Positions 33,783 to 43,202 of a stretch of 64,000 bases of DNA are shown piece after piece (position 1 is the first letter of the stretch; each line of letters starts with the position of its first letter). A program made the position numbers and the translations under genes. The notes beneath the pieces were generated by a model, which ran no database searches, had not been told where the DNA came from, and saw only the letters and a list, made by a program, of their open reading frames with translations. The DNA is from Gemmatimonadales bacterium (lineage in GTDB: Bacteria > Gemmatimonadota > Gemmatimonadetes > Gemmatimonadales > GWC2-71-9). The DNA is taken from NCBI GenBank assembly GCA_050733195.1, contig JBOHSH010000114.1, positions 5,389 through 69,388 on the forward strand, written 5' to 3'.

Positions 33783-35137
33783 TCGTCTGCAAATTCGGGG
33801 GCACCTCCGTAGGGAGCGCCGGGGCGATCCGCCGTCTGGCGGAGATCGTCCGGGGCCGCGCCGCGGAGCGGCCGGTCGTGGTCGTCTCGGCGCTCTCGGG
33901 CGTCACAAACGCGCTGCTCGACCTGGCCGACTCCGTCGCCGCGGCCGACACGGCGGCACTGGACGCGGGACTCGCCGCGCTCGCGGCCCGCCATCGGGCC
34001 GTCGCGGAAGAGCTGGGGCTCGATCCGGCGGTGCCCGCCGAGCTCGAGTGCTCCGCGGCCGCGCTCGGGACCCGTCTCGGCGGCTCGCTCGGTGCTTCGC
34101 CCGACGCGGAGCTGCTCGACCTGATCGCCGGCCACGGCGAGCTCTGGGCGTCGAAGCTCGTCGCCGGCGCCCTGGACGCGATCGGTCTCGACGCGGTCTG
34201 GATCGACGTGCGCGAGGCGATGCTCACCGACGACCGGTTCGGCCGCGCGGCTCCGGACCGGGAGGCCCTGGCCCGGCGCGCCCCCGAGGTCTTCGGCCCG
34301 GCGCTGTCACGCGGCGCCGTCCCCGTCACCCAGGGATACGTCGGCCGCACGGCCGATGGGCGCGCGACGACGCTCGGCCGCGGCGGCTCGGATTTCACCG
34401 CCTCGCTGCTCGGCGCCGCGCTCGTGGCCCGGCGCGTGGAGATCTGGACCGACGTGAGCGGGCTCATGACGGCCGACCCGCGGATCGTGCCGGATGCGCG
34501 TCCGCTCGCGCTCGCGAGCCATCTCGAGGCGGCCGAGCTGGCCGCGTTCGGCGCCCGGGTGCTGCACCCGGCGACGGCCGCGCCTCTGTTCGAGGCGGGC
34601 ATCCCTTGCGTCGTCCTCAATACCTTCGCGCCGGAGGATCCCGGCACCACGATCCTGAGCGATCACCGTCCCGAGCCGGTGGGGACCTCGCCGGTCCGCT
34701 CGATCTCCTGCAAGCAGGGCGTCACCGTGGTCAACGTCCGCGCCCCCGCGATGCTCGACACGCCCGGCTACCTGGCGCGCTTCTTCGCGATCTTCGCCCG
34801 GCTGGACGTCTCCGTGGACGTCCTCGCGACCAGCGAGGTCAACATCTCCTGCACGGTGGACGAGCCGGAGCGCGTGGAGGAGCTGCGCGCCGCCCTCGAG
34901 GAGCTCGGCGAGGTGGAGATCTTCCCGGCGCGGGCGATCATCGGCGTGGTCGGCATCGATCTCCGCGGCACGCGCGGCCTCGCGGCGCGTATCTTCTCGG
35001 CCGTGCGGGGGATCAACATCGAGATCATCAGCCAGGGCGCTTCGGAGATCAACGTCACCTTCGTCGTGCGCGAGGAGGACGGGCCGAAGGCGGTGCGTCT
35101 CCTCCACGACGAGTTCTTCGGCCGGGAAGCGGCCTGA
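33779..35137 (+). CDS. lysC: aspartate kinase
   Basis: MIVCKFGGTSVGS, VVVSALSGVTN and C-terminal ACT domains. ATGA overlap with the asd stop. Confidence 0.92.
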   Translation: MIVCKFGGTSVGSAGAIRRLAEIVRGRAAERPVVVVSALSGVTNALLDLADSVAAADTAALDAGLAALAARHRAVAEELGLDPAVPAELECSAAALGTRLGGSLGASPDAELLDLIAGHGELWASKLVAGALDAIGLDAVWIDVREAMLTDDRFGRAAPDREALARRAPEVFGPALSRGAVPVTQGYVGRTADGRATTLGRGGSDFTASLLGAALVARRVEIWTDVSGLMTADPRIVPDARPLALASHLEAAELAAFGARVLHPATAAPLFEAGIPCVVLNTFAPEDPGTTILSDHRPEPVGTSPVRSISCKQGVTVVNVRAPAMLDTPGYLARFFAIFARLDVSVDVLATSEVNISCTVDEPERVEELRAALEELGEVEIFPARAIIGVVGIDLRGTRGLAARIFSAVRGINIEIISQGASEINVTFVVREEDGPKAVRLLHDEFFGREAA

Positions 35138-35844
35138 TGCGGATCGCGGTCGTGGGCGACGGGCGCATGGGCGCGGCGGTTCGGGCGGAGGCACTCGCGC
35201 GCGGGCACGAGGTGCCGGTCACCCTCGGGCGGCGCGGCAACGACGGCGGCGCCGGCATCACCACGGCGCGGTTCGCCGAGGTCGCGGTGGCGCTCGAGTT
35301 CACCCGGCCCGACGCGGCACCCCGGAACGTCGCCCGGCTCCTCGAGCTGGGCGTGCCCGTCGTCACCGGGACCACCGGCTGGGACGACGAGCTCCCGCGG
35401 CTCCAGGAGCTGGCACGGGAGCGCGGCGGCGCGCTGCTCCATGCCGCCAACTTCTCGATCGGCGTGCAGCTCCTGCTCCGCGCCGCCCGGGAGCTGGCCC
35501 GGTGGAGCGCCCGGTCGGACTTCGACGCCGCGATCGTCGAGCGCCACCACCGCGCCAAGCGCGACGCCCCCTCGGGAACGGCGCTGCTGCTGCAGCGCAC
35601 CGTCCGCCGGGCGGACCCCGGGCGCGAGTATCCCGTCACCTCCATCCGCCAGGGTCACGACCCCGGCAGTCACGCCGTCCGCTGGGACGCCCCGCACGAG
35701 ACGCTCACGCTGGCCCACGAGGTCCGGGACCGGTCCGTCTTCGCGGTCGGCGCCGTGCGCGCCGCGGAATGGCTGGCGCAGCGCCGGGGCGTGTTCACCT
35801 TCGAGGATGTCCTCTTCGGGACGACAGAGCAGGAGGCGTCATGA
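35137..35844 (+). CDS. dapB: 4-hydroxy-tetrahydrodipicolinate reductase
   Basis: RIAVVGDGRMG and ERHHRAKRDAPSGTA. The ATG shares one base with the lysC stop (TGATG). Confidence 0.9.
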   Translation: MRIAVVGDGRMGAAVRAEALARGHEVPVTLGRRGNDGGAGITTARFAEVAVALEFTRPDAAPRNVARLLELGVPVVTGTTGWDDELPRLQELARERGGALLHAANFSIGVQLLLRAARELARWSARSDFDAAIVERHHRAKRDAPSGTALLLQRTVRRADPGREYPVTSIRQGHDPGSHAVRWDAPHETLTLAHEVRDRSVFAVGAVRAAEWLAQRRGVFTFEDVLFGTTEQEAS

Positions 35845-36731
35845 GATTCCCCACCGGATGCGGGACCGCGCTGGTCACCCCCTTCACCACCAACGGGGCG
35901 GTGAACGAGCGGGCGTTCCAGGCGCTCGTCGAGTGGCAGATCGCGGAGGGCGTCGACTTCCTGGTCCCCTGCGGCTCGACCGGAGAGGCGCAGACGCTCA
36001 CGGCGGAGGAGCGACGCCGGGTGGTCGCGCTCACGGTGGAGGTCGCGGCCGGCCGCGTCCCGGTGATCGCGGGGGCCACCAACAACGACACCGCGGCGGC
36101 GGTGGTCGAAGCGCGCGCGATGTGCGCGCTCGGCGTCGACGGCATCATGTCCGCCTGTCCCTATTACAACAAGCCGCCGCAGGCCGGGCTCGAGCGCCAC
36201 TTCCTCTCGATCGCCGACGCCTCCACGCGGCCGGTGATGATGTACAACATCCCCGGCCGGACGGCCGTGAACCTGCTGCCGGCCACGGTCCTCCGGCTGG
36301 CGCACCACCCCAACATCCGCGCGCTCAAGGAGGCGAGCGGCGACCTCCCGCAGATGATGCGGGTGCTTCAGGGACGGCCGGAGGACTTCGCGGTGCTCGC
36401 GGGCGACGACGCCTTCGCGTTTCCGCTCGCGGCGGCGGGCGGCGACGGCGTCGTCTCCGTGGTCTCGAATCAGGTGCCGGCCATGGTCGCGCGGATGATG
36501 CGGCTCTGCGCCGCCGGCGACTTCGCCGCCGCCCGAACACTGCACTTCCAGCTCCTCCCCATCATCGACGCCAACTTCCTGGAGACGAATCCCGCCCCCG
36601 TGAAGGCGGGACTCTTCCTCATGGGCCGGATCGAGAACGTACTCCGGCTGCCGCTGGTGCCGGTCTCCGACGCCACCCGGGCGGCGCTCAGCGAGGCGCT
36701 CGGGCTCGAGGCGGAAGTCGCGGCGTCGTGA
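35841..36731 (+). CDS. dapA: 4-hydroxy-tetrahydrodipicolinate synthase
   Basis: ALVTPF.., VPCGSTGEA, YNIPGRT and the catalytic Lys in ALKEAS. ATGA overlap with the dapB stop. Confidence 0.92.
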   Translation: MRFPTGCGTALVTPFTTNGAVNERAFQALVEWQIAEGVDFLVPCGSTGEAQTLTAEERRRVVALTVEVAAGRVPVIAGATNNDTAAAVVEARAMCALGVDGIMSACPYYNKPPQAGLERHFLSIADASTRPVMMYNIPGRTAVNLLPATVLRLAHHPNIRALKEASGDLPQMMRVLQGRPEDFAVLAGDDAFAFPLAAAGGDGVVSVVSNQVPAMVARMMRLCAAGDFAAARTLHFQLLPIIDANFLETNPAPVKAGLFLMGRIENVLRLPLVPVSDATRAALSEALGLEAEVAAS

Positions 36732-37564
36732 GCGGGCTCGAAGCCCTGATCGAGCGGTTCTTCACCGGCGTCCCCGAGGGCGCCGAAGCGGAGGCGCGCG
36801 GCGCCTTCGACCAGCTCAAGGCCGGGCTGCAGTCCGGCCTGATCCGGGCCGCGGAGCGGGGCGACGACGGGCGCTGGACGGTCAACGCCTGGGTGAAGCG
36901 GGGCATCCTGCTCGGCTTCCGGCTGGGGCGCGTGCAGCCGCTCGCCCAGGCCGGCCCCCTCGCCTTCCTCGACAAGGACACCTACGGCGTCCGCCGCTTC
37001 CTCCCCCAGGACCAGGTGCGCGTCGTTCCCGGCGGCTCCTCGGTCCGCGAGGGCGCGCATCTCGGCGCGGGCGTCGTCTGCATGCCGCCGATGTTCGTCA
37101 ACGTCGGGGCCTATGTCGGCGACGGCACGATGATCGACTCGCACGCCCTCGTCGGCTCCTGTGCCCAGGTCGGCCGGCGGGTGCACCTCTCGGCGGGCGC
37201 GCAGGTCGGCGGCGTGCTCGAGCCGGCGGGCGCCCTGCCCGTGATCATCGAGGACGAAGTGCTCGTCGGCGGAAACTGCGGCATCTACGAGGGCACCATC
37301 GTCCGCCAGCGCGCGGTGCTCGCGCCGGGCACGATCCTGAGCGGGGGGACCGCCGTCTACGACGCGATCCACGACCGGTTCCTCCGGCGTTCCGGCCAGG
37401 ATCCTCTCGAGATTCCGGCCGGTGCGGTCGTCGTGCCCGGCAGCCGCCCGATGAGCAGCGGTCCCGGAGCCGGCGCCGGCATCGCCCTCTACACGCCGGT
37501 GATCGTGAAGTACCGCGACGAGAAGACCGACGCCTCCACTCGGCTCGAGGACCTGCTCCGCTAG
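36728..37564 (+). CDS. dapD: 2,3,4,5-tetrahydropyridine-2,6-dicarboxylate N-acyltransferase (succinyl type presumed)
   Basis: 278 aa. Left-handed beta-helix hexapeptide repeats ([37 protein letters not shown]). GTGA overlap with the dapA stop. Confidence 0.85.
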   Translation: MSGLEALIERFFTGVPEGAEAEARGAFDQLKAGLQSGLIRAAERGDDGRWTVNAWVKRGILLGFRLGRVQPLAQAGPLAFLDKDTYGVRRFLPQDQVRVVPGGSSVREGAHLGAGVVCMPPMFVNVGAYVGDGTMIDSHALVGSCAQVGRRVHLSAGAQVGGVLEPAGALPVIIEDEVLVGGNCGIYEGTIVRQRAVLAPGTILSGGTAVYDAIHDRFLRRSGQDPLEIPAGAVVVPGSRPMSSGPGAGAGIALYTPVIVKYRDEKTDASTRLEDLLR

Positions 37565-37580
37565 CTCCCTGGCTCCCTGC
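37561..37580. repeat. short octamer repeat (CTCCCTGG) x2
   Basis: ctagctccctggctccctgc fills the whole dapD-yjbQ spacer. The dapD stop TAG is part of it. Confidence 0.5.
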
Positions 37581-37997
37581 ATGCATCACACCGACTACCT
37601 CTGGTTCGAGACCCGCCGCCGTCAGGAGATCCTCGACATCACCGATCGGGTTTCCGCGATCGTCCAGACGAGCGGCGTCCGCGAGGGCTTCGTGCTCGTC
37701 TCGGCGATGCACATTACCGCGTCCGTGTTCGTGAACGACCACGAGTCCGGCCTCTGGCACGACATCCTCCAGTGGCTGGAGCAGACGGTCGCGCCCTGGG
37801 ATCCCGGCCGCTACCGGCACAACGAGACGGGAGAGGACAACGCCGCCGCGCACCTCCGCAGTCTCACGGTCGGGCACGAAGTCATCGTCCCCATCACCGG
37901 CGGGTCGCTCGACCTGGGGCCCTGGCAGCGGGTGTTCTACGGCGAGTGGGACGGCCAGCGCCGGAAGCGGGTGATCGTCAAGGTGCTCGGCGAGTAG
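37581..37997 (+). CDS. yjbQ: YjbQ/UPF0047 family (secondary thiamine-phosphate synthase) protein
   Basis: 138 aa. ..[20 protein letters not shown]...WL and ..[13 protein letters not shown]....PI..G.L.LG.WQ. Confidence 0.85.
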   Translation: MHHTDYLWFETRRRQEILDITDRVSAIVQTSGVREGFVLVSAMHITASVFVNDHESGLWHDILQWLEQTVAPWDPGRYRHNETGEDNAAAHLRSLTVGHEVIVPITGGSLDLGPWQRVFYGEWDGQRRKRVIVKVLGE

Positions 37998-38137
37998 TGT
38001 CACTCCGACACGGTCGACTGCCCGACGGAGAGGACGATCCGCGGTCACCCCGATGCAACGTTCGGCGCTTCCCCCGCATCGAATAATCAGTTAGGCCCTT
38101 GCATCGCCCGGCACGTGTTCTGCTACCCGTCGTGGTC

Positions 38138-38539
38138 ATGCGCTCTTTCCCTTCCTTCCTGCTCGCGCTCGGCATGGCCGCGCTCGTCTCCGGCTGCGCG
38201 CTGATCACGCAGGGTGAGCTCGACCAGGAGGTGCGGCTCGCTCCGGGCCAGACGGTCCAGTTTGCCGGCACCGATCTTTCCCTGACCTTTGAGGAGGTCG
38301 TGGACGATTCGCGCTGCCCGAGCACGGCCGTCTGTGTCTGGATCGGCAACGGCGTCGTCAAGATCGAGAGCCGCCGTGGCGAGACGCGGCTCGTGCACAC
38401 GCTCGGCACGCCGTCCGGTCCGCTCGAAGCCGTGAGCGGGGCCTACCGCATCCGGATCCTCGGGCTCGATCCGTATCCCGACGGCGGCCCGATCCCGGAG
38501 GAGGACTATCGCCTCCGGCTGCTGGTCACCATCGATTAG
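38138..38539 (+). CDS. small lipoprotein, hypothetical
   Basis: Lipobox LGMAALVSGC. 133 aa from ATG 38138 (residue 14 of the track ORF). It has a conserved Cys pair (DDSRCPSTAVCVW). No family assigned. Confidence 0.5.
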   Translation: MRSFPSFLLALGMAALVSGCALITQGELDQEVRLAPGQTVQFAGTDLSLTFEEVVDDSRCPSTAVCVWIGNGVVKIESRRGETRLVHTLGTPSGPLEAVSGAYRIRILGLDPYPDGGPIPEEDYRLRLLVTID

Positions 38540-38546
38540 AGGCCTC

Positions 38547-39008
38547 ATGCGCGCAGTGCTCGTCCTGGCGATGCTCCTCCTCGGAGGCTGCGAGCTCATC
38601 ACCGGCCCCGACCAGCCGGCCCGGCTCGAGGATGCGCGCGCGCTGTGGGCCCGGGTCGGACCGAGAGACTACTCCTTCGAGTACACGCCGAGCTGCTTCT
38701 GCGTCCTGGGCGGCCAGCGGGTGCTCGTCATCGTGGACAACGACGCCGTCGTGAGCGCCCGCCACGTCGGCACCAACGACGCGGTGGATGCCGCGCTGCT
38801 CCGGAGCATCCCGACCGTGCCGGAGCTCTTCGACATCATTCAGGACGCGATCGCCAGCCGGGCGTACCGGGTCGAGGCGACGTACGACGCGCACTACGGC
38901 TACCCGGTCCACGCCGGCATCGACTACGACGCGAACGCCATCGACGACGAATTCGGGTTCACGGTGACCGCGTTCGCCAGCCTCGAGCTCCTCGGAGCCG
39001 GCAGGTGA
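38547..39008 (+). CDS. small lipoprotein (DUF6174-like), hypothetical
   Basis: 153 aa. Lipobox AMLLLGGC; YSFEYTPSCFCVLGG..V.V.N..VV resembles DUF6174 as I recall it. Confidence 0.5.
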   Translation: MRAVLVLAMLLLGGCELITGPDQPARLEDARALWARVGPRDYSFEYTPSCFCVLGGQRVLVIVDNDAVVSARHVGTNDAVDAALLRSIPTVPELFDIIQDAIASRAYRVEATYDAHYGYPVHAGIDYDANAIDDEFGFTVTAFASLELLGAGR

Positions 39009-39013
39009 CCCTC

Positions 39014-40276
39014 ATGAGCACTGGCTCCCTGGCCGTCCGGCCGTGCGGCCGTCCGGCCGTCTGTCTCCTCCTCCTGCTCGCCGCCTGCACCGGCCCGAGC
39101 GATTCCCAGGGGCGGCCCCCGCTCCTCACCGCGCTCCCGCGTGACCTCACCGCGGCGGAGCAGCGCATCGCGGCGGCCTCGAATGCGTTCGGCCTCGACC
39201 TGCTCCGGACGGCCGCCGCGGCGAAGCCGTCGGAGAATCACTTCCTCTCTCCCCTGAGCGCCACGATGGCGCTGGGCCTGGCGCTCAACGGCGCGGGTGG
39301 GACCACCCTCGCCGACATGAAGCGGACGCTCCGGCTGGGCGAGGCGGAGATGGCGGCCATCAACGCCGGGTACAAGGGTCTGCTCTCGCTCCTCTCGGGG
39401 CTCGACCCCACCAGCACTCTGACGGTCGCGAACTCGATCTGGCTCGACCAGGGAGCCGGCTTCTACCCCGCGTACCTCGAGACCGCGCGCGAGTGGTTCG
39501 ACGCGGAGGCGCAGGTGCTCGACTTCGGCGCGCCGCAGACGGCGCTGGCCGCGATCAACGGGTGGGTGAACGAGGAGACGCGCGGCAAGATCCCGACCCT
39601 GCTCGACGACATCCGGGGCGACGAGATCGCCTTCCTCATCAATGCCGTCTACTTCAAGGGGAAGTGGCGGACGCCTTTCGATCCCAAGAGAACGAGCAAC
39701 GGCGTCTTCCACGCGCTCGGGGGCGACCAGTCCGTGCCCATGATGCGGCTCGAGCCCGCCGAGCATCGCGTGGCGCAGACCGCCGACGGCCAGGTACTCG
39801 AGATGCTCTATGGGAACGGCGCACTGGTAATGACGATCGTCCTGCCCGCTTCCGGGCGGCCCCTCGCGGAGCTCGTCGCCGCGCTGGACACCGCGAAGTG
39901 GAACGGCTGGACGTCATCGCTCGCGACCGGAAAGGTCGCCGTCACCATGCCGCGGTTCCGGCTCGAGCTCAAGCGCGAGCTGGTGGAGGACCTCACGGCG
40001 CTCGGCATGGGCGTGGCCTTCGACGCCCAGCGCGCCGATTTCTCGGCGATGCGGCCGGTGAGCCCGGGCGCGAACGTCTACCTCACCCGGGTGACCCAGA
40101 AGACCTTCGTGGATGTGAACGAGGAGGGCACCGAAGCCGCCGCCGCCACCTCGGTCGGCGTGGGTGTCACGTCCGCGCCGCCCACCATCACGATCGACCG
40201 CCCGTTCCTGGTGGCGATCCGGGAGCGGTTCGCGGGGACGGTGCTGTTCGTCGGGCTGGTGAATCGAATTCCTTAG
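39014..40276 (+). CDS. serpin-family serine protease inhibitor, lipoprotein
   Basis: 420 aa from ATG 39014 (residue 124 of the track ORF). Lipobox LLLLLAAC, NAVYFKGKWRTPF, the inhibitory-type hinge EEGTEAAAAT, and the C-terminus DRPFLVAIRE. Confidence 0.9.
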   Translation: MSTGSLAVRPCGRPAVCLLLLLAACTGPSDSQGRPPLLTALPRDLTAAEQRIAAASNAFGLDLLRTAAAAKPSENHFLSPLSATMALGLALNGAGGTTLADMKRTLRLGEAEMAAINAGYKGLLSLLSGLDPTSTLTVANSIWLDQGAGFYPAYLETAREWFDAEAQVLDFGAPQTALAAINGWVNEETRGKIPTLLDDIRGDEIAFLINAVYFKGKWRTPFDPKRTSNGVFHALGGDQSVPMMRLEPAEHRVAQTADGQVLEMLYGNGALVMTIVLPASGRPLAELVAALDTAKWNGWTSSLATGKVAVTMPRFRLELKRELVEDLTALGMGVAFDAQRADFSAMRPVSPGANVYLTRVTQKTFVDVNEEGTEAAAATSVGVGVTSAPPTITIDRPFLVAIRERFAGTVLFVGLVNRIP

Positions 40277-40283
40277 GGAGCGT

Positions 40284-40386
40284 GGGTTCGGAGTTCTGAG
40301 TTCTGAGTTCTGAGTTCTGAGTTTGAGGAAGAGGAGACCCGCCCACCCGAGGAACAAGAACCCAGCACTCAGAACTCAGAACTCAC
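40284..40386. repeat. inverted pair of (GTTCTGA)n / (TCAGAAC)n arrays
   Basis: Left arm 40284-40328 (gggttcg gagttct gagttct gagttct gagttct gagtttg agg). Right arm 40355-40386 (caagaaccc agcactc agaactc agaactc ac). It lies between the convergent serpin and GGDEF genes. Confidence 0.9.
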
Positions 40387-40393
40387 GCACCCC

Positions 40394-41560
40394 TCACACA
40401 CTCGCCGCCGCGACGCTGCTCGACACCACCCGATTCCGGCCCAGCGCCTTGGCGTGATACAACCTGGCGTCGGCGATGTGCACGAGGTCGTCGGTGTTGT
40501 CGCCGTCCGTGGGCCAGCAGGAGACTCCGGCACTCACGGTGATCCGGACCCGGTCTTCCCGCCGCGGCACCTTGATCGCCTCCTCGGCCACCGCCTGCCG
40601 GATCGCCTCGATCCGGCTCCGCGCCGCATTGAGCGTCGTCTCCGGCATCACCACGACCATCTCCTCGCCGCCGTAGCGCGCGACCAGATCGCTCCGGCGC
40701 ACCTCCCGCTGCAGGATCGCCGCGACCGTCCGCAGGGCGACGTCGCCGGTGGCGTGGCCGTAGGTGTCGTTGAACCGCTTGAAGTGGTCGATATCGATCA
40801 TCGCCACGGCGAACGACCGGAGATAGCGCTTCGAGCGCCGGATCTCGGCGTTCAGGAATTCCTCGAGATACGCCCGGTTGAAGAGTCCCGTGAGGCGATC
40901 GGTGTTGGACTCCTGCCGGAGCCTCTGCAGGCGGACCACCACGGCGGCGCAGATGCCGGTCATCACCGCGAGCAGGATGAGCCGGGAGAGCTGGTCGATC
41001 CAGGCGAACCGGCCGTAGGGCCAGGGAGCCCACCGGATCGAGTCGAGATCGTGGGCGCCGGCCCACAGCACGATGATCAGATACTGCAGGAAGGCGGTGC
41101 CGCCGGCGATCACCGTCAGGCGGAAGTCGTAGCGGAGGCAGGTCCCGGCGATCGCGAGGAAGTAGAGCTCGAACGCAATCCGGTTGTTCACCGCCCGGAT
41201 CGGCTCGCCGATCACGCCGAGCGCGAGCAGCGCGAAGCTCACCAGCGAGACGTCGAGCAGCACGCTCGCCATCGGGACCCACGGCCGCCGGATGCCGCGC
41301 TCGAGTGCGAGCGAGGCGACCAGCGCGATCAGCGCGGCGAAGAGCGTCACCGCCACGCTCACGTAATGCGGACCCCGGGTGCCCGGCGCCGCGACGATCA
41401 GGTTGACGAGGGGATTCGCCACCAGCAGTGCGACCAGTCCGAGCCGCACCTTCGCGATCCAGGTCTCCGCGCTCAGCCCCGCATCGATGAGGTAGGCGTC
41501 GGGAGGCGTCCAGAGCCGCGTGATCTCGGCGCGGAGCCAGGGCAGGAGATCGCGCATCAC
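40394..41560 (-). CDS. membrane-anchored diguanylate cyclase (GGDEF domain, GGEEM variant, I-site present)
   Basis: 388 aa. About 6 N-terminal TM helices, then DRLTGLFNRAYL.., DIDHFKRFNDTYGHATGD and RRSDLVARYGGEEMVVVMP (RxxD five residues before GGEEM). The GTG start overlaps the ETF-QO stop (GTGA). Confidence 0.88.
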   Translation of the reverse strand: MMRDLLPWLRAEITRLWTPPDAYLIDAGLSAETWIAKVRLGLVALLVANPLVNLIVAAPGTRGPHYVSVAVTLFAALIALVASLALERGIRRPWVPMASVLLDVSLVSFALLALGVIGEPIRAVNNRIAFELYFLAIAGTCLRYDFRLTVIAGGTAFLQYLIIVLWAGAHDLDSIRWAPWPYGRFAWIDQLSRLILLAVMTGICAAVVVRLQRLRQESNTDRLTGLFNRAYLEEFLNAEIRRSKRYLRSFAVAMIDIDHFKRFNDTYGHATGDVALRTVAAILQREVRRSDLVARYGGEEMVVVMPETTLNAARSRIEAIRQAVAEEAIKVPRREDRVRITVSAGVSCWPTDGDNTDDLVHIADARLYHAKALGRNRVVSSSVAAASV

Positions 41561-43194
41561 ATCAACCGGTAGGTGGGACCGCTGCCCCCCTCCCGGGGAG
41601 TCCAGCGCGGGCCGAGCACGTCGGTCGCCTTACAGTCCACGCAGTTCGACGCGTTCACCCGGAGCGTGCCGTCGGGATGCCGCTCGTAGACGCCGGCCGG
41701 GCACACGTGGGTGTAGAACTCCGCCACTTCGGGCGTCACGTCCCGGCCCACCAGGAGGTGTGACGGCATGGTGTCACGGGTGGCGTTTCCCGACTTGAAG
41801 ACCGCGTCGACCTTGCTGAAAGTGAGCCGGTTGTCCGGCGGCGGCGAGGCAGCGGGACGGGCGGGCCGGCGCGGCTCCGCCGCATCGGTCGCCGTGCCGA
41901 AGCGCCAGCCGGGGAATCTCCCGCCGGTCAGGGTCATCAGTCCGGCCTCGAGCCCGGCGCGCACGAACCCGTGCTTGAAGGCGAGCCGCATGTTGCGGGT
42001 GCGCCGCAGATCGCTGACGATAGGGCTTCGTCGGATGAGATCGTCGTAGGCCGAGAGATCGGTCCGCCCGGCCGTGAGGGCGGCGAATGCGGCGCGTGCG
42101 GCAAACACTCCCGATTGCATCGCGTAATGAATCCCCTTGAGGGAGGCGACGTCAACGAGTCCGGCGCAGTCGCCCGCAAGGAGCAGGCCCTCACCCGACA
42201 GTCGTGACGGAAGGCTCCAGTACCCTCCCTCCGGAATCGTCTTCGCCCCCCATTCCAGGAGCTGGCCGCCTTCGAGACGGCTGCGGAAGAAGGGATGCCG
42301 CTTCATCCGCTGGAGCAGCTCGTGCACGTCGAACGCGGCGTCGCGGTGGTCGAGTCCGCAGACGATCCCGAGCGCGATCCTGCCCTCCCCCATTGGATAC
42401 ATGAAGGTGCCGCCGAAGCCGTCGAGCGGCACCGGCCATCCCATCGTATGCACCACGTGGTCGAGCGGCCGCGGTACTTCCCACACTTCCTTGACGCCCA
42501 GGGCGAAGATCTGCGGGTTGGGTGACCCGATGCCCTGCCACTCCTGCCAGGCCTGGCTCAACAGTCCGCGGGCCCCCTCGCAGAGCACGGTGACCTTCGC
42601 GGTGAGATCGGTCGGCGGCTGGAAGCCGTCGCCCGGCTCGCCCGTGCGCGTGAGCCCCGACGCGGCCGTGCGCACCCCGCGAACCCTCCGCCCGTCGACG
42701 AGGAGCGCGGCGGCGGGAAAGCCCGCGAAGAGGTTCACGCCGAGCCCTTCCGCCTGCCCACCGAGCCAGCGCACGATCTCGCAGATCGACGCGGTGAAAT
42801 TGCCGTGGTTCCGCATCGTGGGCGGCGTCGGAATCCGGAACGCCCGCGAGGCCGTGAGCAGGTGGACCCGTTCCCGGTCGACGCGCTGCTTGAAAGGGAG
42901 CTCCGCAGCAGGCAGATCGGGGAAGAGCTCGCGAAAGACCCGGGGATTCACGACCGCGCCGGACAGCGAATGCTCACCCAGGCCGGCCGCCTTCTCGAGG
43001 ACGCCGATGGTGAGGTCGCCCGCGGCCGGATCCTGCCGCGCCAGTCGCGCGAGCTCGATCGCGCCCGAGAGTCCGGCCGGACCCGCACCGACGAACAGGA
43101 CATCCAGCTCGATCGCCTCATCGCCGGGCTGCTCGGAGAGGATCAGCCGATCGAGAGGGAGGCGAGGCTGGTAATCCGCGGGCCGGAAGGTCAA
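41557..43194 (-). CDS. electron-transfer flavoprotein:ubiquinone oxidoreductase (ETF-QO)
   Basis: DVLFVGAGPAGLSGAIELARL (FAD site) and the C-terminal 4Fe-4S region HVCPAGVYE..ASNCVDCKATD. The start is uncertain: there is no in-frame ATG near the FAD motif, and TTG 43194 is proposed. The track ORF (GTG 43320) extends through the heptamer array. Confidence 0.85.
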   Translation of the reverse strand: MTFRPADYQPRLPLDRLILSEQPGDEAIELDVLFVGAGPAGLSGAIELARLARQDPAAGDLTIGVLEKAAGLGEHSLSGAVVNPRVFRELFPDLPAAELPFKQRVDRERVHLLTASRAFRIPTPPTMRNHGNFTASICEIVRWLGGQAEGLGVNLFAGFPAAALLVDGRRVRGVRTAASGLTRTGEPGDGFQPPTDLTAKVTVLCEGARGLLSQAWQEWQGIGSPNPQIFALGVKEVWEVPRPLDHVVHTMGWPVPLDGFGGTFMYPMGEGRIALGIVCGLDHRDAAFDVHELLQRMKRHPFFRSRLEGGQLLEWGAKTIPEGGYWSLPSRLSGEGLLLAGDCAGLVDVASLKGIHYAMQSGVFAARAAFAALTAGRTDLSAYDDLIRRSPIVSDLRRTRNMRLAFKHGFVRAGLEAGLMTLTGGRFPGWRFGTATDAAEPRRPARPAASPPPDNRLTFSKVDAVFKSGNATRDTMPSHLLVGRDVTPEVAEFYTHVCPAGVYERHPDGTLRVNASNCVDCKATDVLGPRWTPREGGSGPTYRLM

Positions 43195-43202
43195 GGGGGT
43201 GC

